A stretch of 64,000 bases of DNA from contig NC_057718.1 in NCBI RefSeq assembly GCF_004010195.1, positions 70,899,790 to 70,963,789 on the forward strand, given 5' to 3'. Made by a program: the position numbers and the translations under genes. Each line of letters opens with the position of its first letter. Within the stretch, counting starts at the first letter, position 1. The notes below the pieces were generated by a model. The model saw nothing but the letters and a program-made list of their open reading frames with translations. It made no database searches and was not told the origin of the DNA. This DNA comes from Chiloscyllium plagiosum (lineage: Eukaryota). Shown here piece by piece: positions 48,935 through 60,759 of this stretch.

Positions 48935-50270
48935 GGTCATTAATGTAATGTCCTTTCTGGTAGGCTTATCCAGAAGATTAAGATGCATGGGATCTACAGT
49001 GATTTGACCACTTGGTTTCAGAATTGGCTTGCCCATAGAAGGTAATGGTAGAAGGGTGTTTTTCTGGCTGGAGGTTGTGACTATATGCATATATATGAAT
49101 ATGTATGACTTAAATGAAAATATAGATGGATGAATTAGTAAGTTTGTAGATGACACACAGACTTGTCGATGTGTAGGTAGTGTAGATGGTTATCAAAGGA
49201 TACAGTGGGATATAGATCAATTGCAGATATGGGCGAAGAAATGGCAGATGGAATTTAATCCAGGTGAGGTGTTGTATTTTGGGAGATTAAATGTTAAGGA
49301 AAAGTATACAATTAATGACAGGACCCTGAAGAGCATTAATATACAGAGAGATCTTTGGGTTCAAATCCATAGCTCCCTGAAAGTGGCTGCGCAAATTGAT
49401 AGGGTGGTATGGCATAGTTGCCTTTATTGGTTGAGGAACTGAGTACAAGAGTCAGGATGTCATGTTTAATTTGACATTATATTTGATTTGATTTATCATA
49501 GTCACGTATACCTAAGTACTGTGAAGAGATTTGTTTGCAAGCAATACAGGCAGAGCATAGTAAGCGATGACGTACAGATCATCGGGTGCTTAGACAGAGT
49601 GAGGCATACAGGTTACATGGTACAGAAGGCGTGCGAAGCAAGATCAACATTAACAAGATCAATATTATTTGAAGTTAGATAGTCCATTCATTTGTCTAAT
49701 AATGGCAGCTTTATAAGTCTTTGATTCAGAGTATTGCGTTCATAGCTGGTTGCCACATTACACCAAGTTTGTGGCGGCTTTGGAGAGAGTGCAGAAGAGG
49801 TTTACCAGGATGCTGTCTGGATTAGCGGGTATAAGCTATAAGGAGAGGTTAGCAAAACTTAAGTTGTTTTCTCTGGAGTAGTGGAGACTGAGGAGAGATT
49901 TGATAGTCTATAAAATTATGAGATGCATAGATAAGGATGATGGTCAGGATCTTTCTCCCCCCAGAGTTGAAATGTCTAATAATAGGGGGCATGCATTTCA
50001 GGTGATAGGGGTAAAGTTCCAAGGAGATGTGAGGGGCAAGTTTTTTACACAGAGCATGATAGGAGTCTGGAACACGCTGCCCAAGGTGATGGTGGAGGCA
50101 GATATGATAGCAGCATTTAAGGGACTTTCAGATAAGCATATGAATATGTAAGAAATAGGAGGATATGGACCAAGGGCAGGCAGAAGGGATTAATTTGGCG
50201 TCATGTTCGACACAATATCGTGGGTCGAATGGCTGGTTCCTGTGCGATACTGTTTTACGATCTATGTTTT
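48935..50270 (+). mobile_element. CR1 LINE RT-3' fragment with a short unrelated insertion (~49465-49710)
   Basis: WAKKWQMEFN and RGHAFQV..FFTQ motifs. Confidence 0.75.
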
Positions 50271-51116
50271 ACCATTATAAGGAAAGGGAAGAAAAAATCC
50301 AATTCTCCAGGTCAGGAAATTATGAAATATTCCTCAAAATGATGAAAGAAGTGTTCAGGCCAGAATATCAGAAGAATTTCAGAATGGGCTGGTTGTGAAG
50401 TGGAAATTATATAGAAATCAAGCAGTGGGTTTAGATCAGCAAACTTGAAGTTAAGTCGGGCAGCTGTAAGTTTGCGAAAGGTATGTTATCATTTTGGATA
50501 CCTTGCAAAGGATTGTCAGACTTTGATGGATGAACAGGCATGGAACCACTGTACAAATGTGGCCATGGACATAATGACCACTGGACTGTGGGAGAAAGAA
50601 AGGAGGAGAGACAAAAGCTTACACCCAATAGTTGACCAGAATAGATGTTTCTAAGAGCAGATGGGACCCAGCAACTTGGTGGAGACTAGCCCTCTGATCA
50701 CTCAGGATAGGAGACACCCATATGTTTGTTGATGTGCTGTTAGGGGGCCAGGAGTGTAGTATGTTACAGGGGTATCTGTCTTGATTACAGATTTGGACTT
50801 GTCAGCAACATTGAAAACTATAACTGTGTCTAGGATAGGAGAACAACTTAGACTAAAGCAAAGTGAAAGGTTAATAATCCCTCTCCAGGTATAGATGTGT
50901 AAGAGGATGAAAGAAGTATTCTCAGAGTGGACCATTTAACAAAACCGTACACTTTAATTAGCCACAGGGTGGTAAGATAAATATACTTGACCCTCTTAAA
51001 TTACACCTTTATTATAAAATAGCTGTGTTGAGCAACAAAGCGAAACAACATGGGAGGCAACACTGTGACCAAAGGACAAATCAATATTGTATTCCATGAT
51101 GATAAGGTTACCTATT

Positions 51117-51373
51117 GTTGAAACTTTATTGCTGGAACAGCACAGCAGGTCAGGCAGCATCCAGGGAACAGGAGATTCGACGTTTCGGGCACAGGCCCTT
51201 CTTCAGGAATGAGCAGAGAGTCCTGAAGAGACCTCTCTGCTCATTCCTGAAGAAGGGCCTGTGCCCGAAACGTCGAATCTCCTGTTCCCTGGATGCTGCC
51301 TGACCTGCTGTGCTGTTCCAGCAATAAAGTTTCAACTTTGATCTCCAGCATCTGCAGACCTCACTTTCTCCTC
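51117..51373. mobile_element. 257-bp perfect fold-back micro-PLE with two hammerhead motifs
   Basis: 104-bp perfect inverted arms (51117-51220 / 51233-51336), 37-nt tail, TSD TAAGGTTACCTATT (51103-51116 / 51374-51387). Confidence 0.92.
51243..51278 (+). ncRNA. Minimal hammerhead ribozyme motif (mirror copy on the minus strand at 51175-51210)
   Basis: ATTC-CTGAAGA-A-GGGC(CTGT)GCCC-GAAA-CGTC-GAAT, with stem I fully paired. Confidence 0.78.
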
Positions 51374-51487
51374 TAAGGTTACCTATTAGATGGCATTCTA
51401 TCAGAGGGGGATTAGCATAGTTGCAGGAATTAGAGGGGGAATCTCCAAGAACATTAAACAAAATGAATTGAGGAAGTGGATTGGCAA

Positions 51488-54420
51488 GGGGAGGCAATGC
51501 CCTAGTGCTATTATCACTTGACTATTAATCCAGAAACCCAGCATAATGTTTTGGAGACCTGGGTTCGAATCCTGGCGTGGCAGATGATGGAATTCGAATT
51601 CAATTAAGAAAATCTGGAACTAAGAGCAGACTGATGACCATGAAACCATTGTCAATTGTTGAAAAAAACTCATCAAGTTCACTAATGTCCTTTAGGGAAG
51701 GATATCAGACATCCTTATCTGGTTTGGCCTACATGTGACTCTAGAGCCACAGCAATGTGGTTGACTCTCAACTGCCCTATGAGATGGCCTAGCGAGCCAC
51801 TCAGTTGTATCAATTGCTAGAAAGTCACAACAAAGAAATGAAAATGGACGGACCACCTGGCACCGATCTTGGAACCTGAAAAGATAATGGCAAAAACACA
51901 AACATCCCTGTTGACCGTGAAAAGTCCTTCTTACCAATATATGGCGGCTAGTGCTAGACTTTGAACCGATCCGGCAGCTCAAGACTGGGCATCCATGAGG
52001 TGCTGTGGGCCATCAACAACAGCAGAACTGTACTCCAACACAATCTGCAACCTCATGGCCTGGCATACCCCCCGCTCGACCATTACCATCAAGCAAGGGC
52101 ATCAACCCTGGTTCAGTGGAGAGTGTAGGAGGGCATGCCAGGAGCAGCATCAGGCATACCTAAAAATGAGGTGTCAACCTGGTGAAGCTATCAAAAGGGC
52201 TACTTGCATGCCAAACAGCAAGTGGTAGACAGAGCTAAGTGATACCATAGCCAATGGATAAGCTCTGCAGTCCTTCTACATCCAGTTGTGAATGGTGGTG
52301 GACAATTAAACAACTCACTGAAGGAGGAGGCTCCACAAATATCCCCATCCTCAATGATGGAGGAATCCAGCACATCAGTGCAAAGGATAAGGCTGATGCA
52401 TTCACAACAATCTTCAGTCAGAAGTGCCGAGTGGATGATCCATCTTGGCCTCCTCCAGTGGCCCCCAGCCACAGATACCAGTCTCCAGCCAATTCAATTC
52501 ACTCCACGTGATATCAAGAAACAGCTGGAGGCATATGATATTGCAAAAGTAATGGGCCCTGATAACATTCCGGCAATAGTACTGAAGATGTGTGCTCTAG
52601 AACTTGCTGCTCCCCTAGCCAAACTCTTCTAGTACAGTTGCAACACTGGCATCTACTAGACAATGTGGAATTATTAGACATTATTAGACCTTTAGTAGAC
52701 ATTTCAATTGACAGGTGTGTCCTGTACACAAAAAGCATGACAAGTTCAAACCGGCCAATTATTGTCCAATCAGTCTACTCTCCATTATCAGTAAAGTGAT
52801 GGAAGGGGTTATCAACAGTGCTACCAAGCAGCACCTGCTCAGTGACACCCAGTTTGGGTTTCACCAGGGTCACTCAGATCCTGATCTCATTACAGCCTTG
52901 GATCAAACATGGACAAAAGAGCTAAATTCCAGAGGTGAGGGGAGAGTGACAGCCCTTGATGTCAAGACCACATTTGACCAAGTATGGCATCAAGGAGCCT
53001 TGGCAAAACTGGAATCAATGGGTAGGAGAGGGGGCAAACACTCCACTGGTTAGAGTCATACCTGGCACAAGGGAAGATGGTTGTGGTTGAGGAGGGTCAA
53101 TCATCTCAGCTGCAGGACATCTCTGCAGGAGTCCATCAGGATAGTGTCCTAGGCCAAAAAAACTTCAACTACTTCATCAATGACCTTCCCTCTGTCATAA
53201 GGTCAGAAGTGGAAATGTTCACCGATGATTGCACAGCTTTCAGCACACCATTCGTGACTCCTCAGATACTGAAGCAGTCTGTATTCAAATGAAACAAGAT
53301 CTGGACAATATCCAGACTTGGGCCAATTAGTGGCAAGTAACATTCCTGCCACATAAATGCCAGACAATGACCATCACCAATAAGAGGCACTCTAACCACC
53401 GCCCCTTGACATTCAACGGTATTACCACCACTGAATCCCCCACTGTCAACATCTTTGGGGTTACCATTGACCAGAAACTCAACTGAACTCACCACATAAA
53501 CACGCTGGTGACAATAGCAGGTCAGAGGCTAGGGATATTGCGGCAAGTAACTCACCTTCTGATACCCCAAAGTCTATCCACCATCTGCAAGGCACAGGCC
53601 AGGAGTGTGATGGAATACTCCCCACTTGCCTGATTGGCTGCAACTCCAAAACACTCAAGAAGCTTGACACCATCCAGGACAAAGTAATCTGTTTGATGGG
53701 CACCACATCTACAAACATTCAATACCTCCTCCACCACCAGTGCTCAGTAGCAGCAGTGTGTACTATCTACAAGACGCACTACAGAAATTCACCAAAGGTT
53801 CTTAGACAGCAGCTTCCAAACCCATTAGATTACATTACATTACATTACATTACATTACAGTGTGGAAACAGGCCTTTCAGCCCAACAAGTCCACACCGAC
53901 CTGCCAAAGCGCAACCCACCCATACATTTACCCCTTACCTAACACTACGGGCAATTTAGCATGGCCAATTCACCTGACCTGCACATCTTTGTGACTGTGG
54001 GAGTAAACTGGAGCACCCGGAGGAAACCCACGCAGACACGGGGAGAACGTGCAAACTCCACACAGTCAGTCCCCTGAGGCGGGAATTGTAAGGCAGCAGT
54101 GCTAACCACTGTGCCACCGTGCCGCCCATGACCACTTCCATCGAGAAGAACAAGGGCAGCAGGTACTTGGGAACACCACTATCTGCAAGTTCCACTCCAA
54201 GCCACTCACAACCCTGATTTGGGAATATTTCGCCGTCCTTCATAGTTGTTGGTTGAAAATCCTGGAATTCCCGCTCTATCAGCATTGTGGGTCAATCCAC
54301 AACAAGTGAACTGCGGTGATTTAAGAAGGCAGTAACCACGAACTCCTCAAAGGCAAATAGAGATGAGCTATCAATGTTGGCCAGCCAGTGATGCCCAAGT
54401 CCCACAAATTAATTTTTAAA
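51488..54420 (+). mobile_element. Non-HER1 LINE (CR1/Jockey-group-like RT) with a tRNA-like 5' head
   Basis: B-box GGTTCGAATCC at 51562-51572. GPDNIP, PISLLSIISKVME, QFGF, FDQVWH and FTDD motifs. The 3' tail is shared with 40430-40730. Confidence 0.75.
53825..54126 (-). mobile_element. HE1 SINE nested in the LINE
   Basis: (ACATT)n tail variant, flanked by CCCAT on both sides. Confidence 0.85.
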
Positions 54421-54611
54421 AAATGACTTTATGGATGGGGTTCCATGTGTATGTGAGCAGAAATCCGTGTAGTGGCGGTTGAACAAATGTGAACAAGAGA
54501 AAGGTAGAAAGCAATGGAAAATAGGAAACGTTTCAACCCCAGGTAGTAGAACTAGTGGCACTAAAGGAAGACATATGTGCCACAGAAGAGAGAAGGGCTA
54601 ACATTTATACA

Positions 54612-54701
54612 TCCCTGATGAAGGGCTTTTGCCTGAAACGTTGATTTACCTGCTCCTCGGATGCTGCCTGACCTGCTGTGCTTTTCCAGCACCACTCTAA
54701 T
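54612..54701 (+). mobile_element. 90-bp tail-less PLE insertion starting at a hammerhead
   Basis: TSD CTAACATTTATACA (54598-54611 / 54702-54715); CTGATGA-A-GGGCTTTTGCCT-GAAACGTT. Confidence 0.8.
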
Positions 54702-56741
54702 CTAACATTTATACAGGCAGTAGGTCTGCCTTTGGGATAGTACGTGATTACACAGTAGCATGGAGCTAGGGGGGTACATCGCTTCAAAAGGATGGCATAG
54801 ACAACATGAGACAGTAAGTAAGGAATTAATAGATACTGCTAGACTACCACTAGTAGCAGCAGTGGTAAAGGTTAAAGGATGTCAGAAGAAAACTGAACCT
54901 ATTCAATAGGGTAATCAATGGACAGATGAAGCAGCTAAGAAAGCAGCTACAATAGGCCTTGAGCATCAGGTTGTAGCAGTATCAATTGGGCTAGGGGGAA
55001 TAAATATAGTAGATTTGCACCAGGATATGAAAGAGGATGAGTAAAGACAGTGGGAAGAACAAGAGTCAGTAAAAGGTGTCATTGGCATTTGTTGAAAAGC
55101 AGAAAGGGTTGCATCACTATGCTGCATTCAGCATGACCTAATGAAAATGCACCTTGGAAATGCACACCATGGAGGGAAACTATGTTGGGGAAGATAGACA
55201 TTTGCTGGTGATGGCATGGAACAGGAAGAGACATAGCAAAACACTCAGAAATACCTGGTATGTGCCCAACATAACCCAGGAAGACCAGTCAAGTGAGTTC
55301 CAGATTCCTACCTTCTGGGTGAAAATGTATTTTCTCACATACCCTCTAAACCTCCAGCCCCTTACCTTAAATCTATGGCCCGATCATTGAACCTTCCAAG
55401 GAGAATAGTTTCATATAAGGAAAACAACCCCAGTTTTGCCATTCTCTCTTATCTGAACAGCATACGTCTTCAGTCCAGGCAACATCATGGTAAATCTTCT
55501 CTGCATGTGCGATTACATCCTTCCTATAATGGAAGATTCAAGAGCAGTACTCTAGTTGTAGCCTAAATAATGTTTTCATGCATCACCTTGCACTTATCAG
55601 AATTGAATTCATTTGCCACTGATTAGCCCATCTGCCTGGCCCATCTTATCCTCCTGTAGCCTAAGGCTATCCTCCTTGGTATTTACCAGCCCACCAATTT
55701 TGGTGTCATCCACAAATGTACTGACAAACCCTCATGCATTCAAGTCTAAATTGTTTATATATATATATATATACCATAAACAGCAAGGACCCCAATACTT
55801 ATCCCTGCAGCATGCCAGGATGCAGGCTTCCAGTTACAAAACACCCCTCGACCATCATCATCTACTTTCTGCTACCCAGTCAATTCTGTAACCAATTTGC
55901 CAAACTTCCTTGGATCCCATGGGCTCTTACCTTTGCTATCAGTCTTCCATGCAGAACTTCATCAAAATCTTACTGAAGTCCAAGTAGACCAAATTGAATG
56001 CATTGCCATCTTTACCAACCTGCTTACCTCTGAAAAATTTTAATCAAGTCCATTAAGTGTGACTGCCTGTTAACAAAATGATGCTGACTGTTCTTGAATA
56101 ATCACTGGCTCTCCAAGTGCAGATTAATTCTGTCCCTCATTTAGAATCTTATCTTTGTCCTCTGGCTCCATGCACAAATTACTACCATGGTGCTTAATGG
56201 AACCTACTTTTTCTTAGTTTTGCTTTTGATTAGATTCCCTACAGGGTGGTAACAGGCCCTTTGGTCCAACCAGTCCACACCGACCCTCCAAAGAGCAACC
56301 CACCCAGACCCATTTCCCTCTGACTAATGCACCTAACACTATAGACAATTTAGCATGGCCAATTTACCTGACCTGCACATCTTTGGACTTTTATCCCTAA
56401 TGTATTTAGATCTTTCCCTTATTTTACTTATCATTATTCTTTCATGCCCCTATTATGTTCTCTTGATTTACTGATTTTCTTCTTAAGTTTCCCCTTGCAT
56501 GTTCTGTACTCCTCACGGTGTTCTGCTGTTTTGAGCCCTCATCTACCATAGGTTTCCCTTTTTCTTTTTATCCAATATTGTATATCCCTTGATATCCAAG
56601 GTTCACAGGATGTGATTGTCTTTATTGGAACACGTTGGCCTTATACTCTCTATGTTTCTTTCTTGAATGCGTCTCACTGTTCTGACACAATACACTTAAT
56701 GGTATTGGCTACATCCAAATCATACTTGATCTTATTAAAGT

Positions 56742-56832
56742 TAAAAATCACACAACACCAGGTTATAGTCCAACAGGTTTAATTGGAAGCACACTAGCTT
56801 TCGGAGCGACGCTCCTTCATCAGGTGATAGTC
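56742..56832 (-). mobile_element. ~90-bp tail-less PLE (family A) insertion
   Basis: TSD GATCTTATTAAAGT (56728-56741 / 56833-56846). Confidence 0.82.
56792..56826 (-). ncRNA. Minimal hammerhead ribozyme motif (family A)
   Basis: Minus strand: CAC-CTGATGA-A-GGAGC(GTC)GCTCC-GAAA-GCTA-GTG. Confidence 0.78.
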
Positions 56833-58174
56833 GATCTTATTAAAGTCAGCCTTCCCTCAGTTTAGAACTTTGATTTTAGATCCATTCTTGTCCTTTTCCA
56901 TGACAATCTTGAATGGAGCTATGATCTCTGATGTGTAAAATTGTCCCACATTGATAGTTTAGCCACTTTTCCAGCTTTGCTATCTAAAGTTAAGTCCAGA
57001 ATTGCTTCCTTTCTTGTAGTCGTAGCGTCATAGAGACATACAGCATAGAAACAGAACCTTCAGTCCAACTTGTCTATGCCGACCAGACATCCTAAAAAGA
57101 TGAATTCCCAATTGCAAGCATTTGGCCCATATCCCTCTTAACCCTTCCTATTCGTATACCCATGCAAATGCCTTTTAAATGGTGTAATTGTACCAGCCTC
57201 CACCACTTCCACTGGCAGCTCATTCCATACAAGTACCACCCTTTGTGTGCAAACATTGCCCCTTAGGTCCCTTTTAAATCCTTCTCCTCTCACCTTAAAC
57301 TAATGCCTTCAAGAATCACAGAATCCCTACTGTGTGGAAGCAGGCCATTCAGCGCATCGCGTCCACACTGACCCTCTGAGGAGCATCTCACCTAAACCCA
57401 TCCCCTGATCCTATCCCTGCATTTCCCATGACTAATGCCCCTAGCTTGTACACCCATGGACACTATGGGTAATTTTGCATGTCAAACCCACCTAACCTAC
57501 ACATCATTGGACTGTGGGAGGAAACCCACACAGTCACAGAGAGAATATGCAAACTCCACACGGACAGTTGCCCGAGGCTGGAATTGAACCTGGGTCCCTA
57601 TGAGGCAGCAGTGCTAACCACTGAGCCACCGTGCTGTCTCATCTAGTTTTGGACTCCCCCACCTTGGGGAGAAGATCTTGTCTATTTACCTTATCCATGC
57701 CCCTCATGATTTAAAAAAACCTATATAAGTTCACCCCTCAGCCTCCTATGCTCTAGGGAAAATAGCCCCAGTGTATTCAGCCTTTCCCTCTAGCTCAAAC
57801 CCTCCAAGCCTGGCAACATCCTTGTAAATCTTTTTCGGATCCTTTCAACTTTCACAACATCCTTTCTATAGCAGGGAGACCATAATTGCACACAGTATTC
57901 CAACTGCCTAACAATATCCTATAAAGCTAAGACATGACGTCCCAACTCCTAGACTCAACACACTGATCAACAAAAGCAAGCATACCAAACATCATCTTCA
58001 CTGTCTTATCTACCTGTGACTCCACTTTCAAGGTCTCTTTGTTCAGCAATACTCCCCAGGACCTTGCCATTAAGTGTTTAAGACCTCTGCTGATTTGCCT
58101 TTCCAAGATGCAACATCTCACTTTTATCTATCATATTTGTCACAAATACCTTCCAACATTTTTGACAACACTAC

Positions 58175-59682
58175 AGGGTAGGAATAGGTCCAGTCAAGGA
58201 TAGTAGTGGGAAGTTGCATGTGGAGGCTGAAGAGATTGGGGAGACACTGAATGAATACTTTTCTTCAGTATTCACTCAGGAACAGGACATTGTTGTCGAT
58301 GTGAATACTGAGTCACAATTAAGTAGAATGGATGGCTTTGAGGTATGTAGAGAAGAGGTGTTGGAAATTCTGGAAAGGGTGAAAATAGATAAGCCCCCTG
58401 GGCCTGATGGCATTTATCCTAGGATTCCCTGGGAAGCAAGGGAGGAGATTGCAGAACCATTGGCCTTGATTTNNNNNNNNNNNNNNNNNNNNNNNNNNNN
58501 NNNNNNNNNNNNNNNNNNNNNNNNNNNNNNNNNNNNNNNNNNNNNNNNNNNNNNNNNNNNNNNNNNNNNNNNNNNNNNNNNNNNNNNNNNNNNNNNNNNN
58601 NNNNNNNNNNNNNNNNNNNNNNNNNNNNNNNNNNNNNNNNNNNNNNNNNNNNNNNNNNNNNNNNNNNNNNNNNNNNNNNNNNNNNNNNNNNNNNNNNNNN
58701 NNNNNNNNNNNNNNNNNNNNNNNNNNNNNNNNNNNNNNNNNNNNNNNNNNNNNNNNNNNNNNNNNNNNNNNNNNNNNNNNNNNNNNNNNNNNNNNNNNNN
58801 NNNNNNNNNNNNNNNNNNNNNNNNNNNNNNNNNNNNNNNNNNNNNNNNNNNNNNNNNNNNNNNNNNNNNNNNNNNNNNNNNNNNNNNNNNNNNNNNNNNN
58901 NNNNNNNNNNNNNNNNNNNNNNNNNNNNNNNNNNNNNNNNNNNNNNNNNNNNNNNNNNNNNNNNNNNNNNNNNNNNNNNNNNNNNNNNNNNNNNNNNNNN
59001 NNNNNNNNNNNNNNNNNNNNNNNNNNNNNNNNNNNNNNNNNNNNNNNNNNNNNNNNNNNNNNNNNNNNNNNNNNNNNNNNNNNNNNNNNNNNNNNNNNNN
59101 NNNNNNNNNNNNNNNNNNNNNNNNNNNNNNNNNNNNNNNNNNNNNNNNNNNNNNNNNNNNNNNNNNNNNNNNNNNNNNNNNNNNNNNGTCATACTATAGG
59201 AAGGATGTGGAGGCACTGGAACTGGTGCAGAAGATGTTTACCAGGATGTTGCCTGGTATGGTAGGAAGATCGTATGAGGAAAGGCTGAGGCACTTGGGGT
59301 TGTTTTCATTGGAGAAAAGAAGGTTTAGGGGTGACTTGATAGAGGTGTATAAGATGATTAGGGGTTTAGATAGGGTCGACAGTGAGAATCTTTTTCCACG
59401 TATGGAGTCAGTTATTACAAGGGGGCATAGCTTTAAATTAAGGGGGGGGGGGTAGGTATAGGACAGATGGTACGGGTATGTTCTTTACTCAGCGAGTCGT
59501 GAGTTCGTGGAATGCCCTGCCAGTAGCAGTGGTGGACTCTCCCTCATTATGGGCATTTAAGCGGGCATTGGATAGGCATATGGAGGATAGTGGGCTAGTG
59601 TAGGTTAGGTGGGCTTGGATCGGCGCAACAGGCCGAAGGGCCTGTACTGCGCTATATTCTTCTATGTTCTATGTTCTATGTT
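58175..59682 (+). mobile_element. Young CR1 LINE (RT centre in an N gap)
   Basis: DKPPGPDGIYPR; TRGHSFKLRG; (TATGTTC)n tail. Confidence 0.88.
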
Positions 59683-60259
59683 TGCCAAACTTCCTTATAT
59701 TTTAATTGAACTGTAATTTCTATGCCTTCTTGATTCCCCTTCTCTGTCTTCTAATTCTGGCAACTTATCTCCCCATGCTGACCCTTCTCTTTGGATCCCA
59801 TCTTCCAGTCAAGTTAGTTTAAACCCACCCCAACAGTAAACCGCCCCTCAAGGGTGCTGATCCTATTCAGTTCAAATGCAATCCACCTGCTTGTACATAT
59901 TCCACCTTCTCCACCGACAGCCCCAATATTTCAGAAATCTACAGTGCTCCCATCTTTCAATCACAACTACTACCTTGTTTTCTCAGAAACACAACTTGTG
60001 GAAATATCATTGACATGGGGAATTCCCCTTTGTCGCTGAATTTGGTTGGCATTATATCCTTAACTATATTCTGTAGTGTTGTCAAAAATTAAAAAATAGA
60101 ATGTGTTTGGCGGATTATTATCCCTAACATGTCTCATTTGTCAAAGGATAAGTAGTGCTTTTAATAGAGAAGAATATTTGTTCTTAATATCAGTTCTGTT
60201 CACTCTTATATATAAAGGATATTATTAAAGTAGAAAGAGTGCCTGGACCTGGACCTGGA

Positions 60260-60640
60260 AGTTATAAGGAGAAACTGGATAGGCTGGGACTATTTTCCTT
60301 GGAGTGGAGGAGATTGATGTATACCTCATAGGAGGTATATATAATCATGACAGGCATTGAGAAGGTAAACAGCTTTTCTCCATGGTAGGGAAAGTCTAAA
60401 ACTAGGCGCAATAGGTTTAAGGTGAGACTGGAGAGATACGAAAGAGTCCAGAAGGGCATTTTTTTTCCACACAGAGAGTGTTGTCATTTCAGATTCATGG
60501 TTGGGATGGGTATGGAGGGATATGGACCAAATGGAGCCAAATGGGACTAGATTAGTTGTGAAAACTGGACTGTAATCTGGGTGGTGTAGACAAATTGGGC
60601 CAAAGGGCTTGTGTCCACGCTGAAAACCTCTATGACTCTA
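60260..60640 (+). mobile_element. CR1 LINE 3' end
   Basis: SYKEKLDRLGLFSLE motif and tail. Confidence 0.7.
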
Positions 60641-60759
60641 GTTAAAAATCACACACACCAGGTTATAGTCCAACAGGTTTAATTGGAACCACACTAGGTT
60701 TCAGAGCGCCACTCCTTCATCAGGTGAACTTTCTACACCCTAGTCCAACACCAGCAAAT
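60641..60759. mobile_element. Family A micro-PLE: inverted body plus forward tail only
   Basis: Imperfect TSD CTATGACTCTAGTT / CTACGACTCAAGTT. The tail resembles 10158-10195. Confidence 0.7.

Larger units (their letters stand above)
50270..55285 (+). mobile_element. Endogenous-retrovirus-like gag-pol fossil, interrupted
   Basis: VCYHFGYLAKDC (knuckle), TGVSVLIT (protease-like), QVVELVAL, NIYT, VKVKG and GNQWTDEAAKKAA (RNase H), LVCAQHNPG (integrase zinc finger). Confidence 0.6.
55285..58130 (-). mobile_element. Two degenerate CR1 LINE fragments with nested HE1 SINEs (56225-56390, 57312-57637)
   Basis: Reverse CR1 RT/3' motifs and HE1 tails. Confidence 0.7.

Noticed and set aside
51117..51336. 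MITE or pre-miRNA
   Set aside because: The arms are PLE pLTR sequence, the TSD encloses an asymmetric 37-nt tail, and the arms carry hammerhead motifs.
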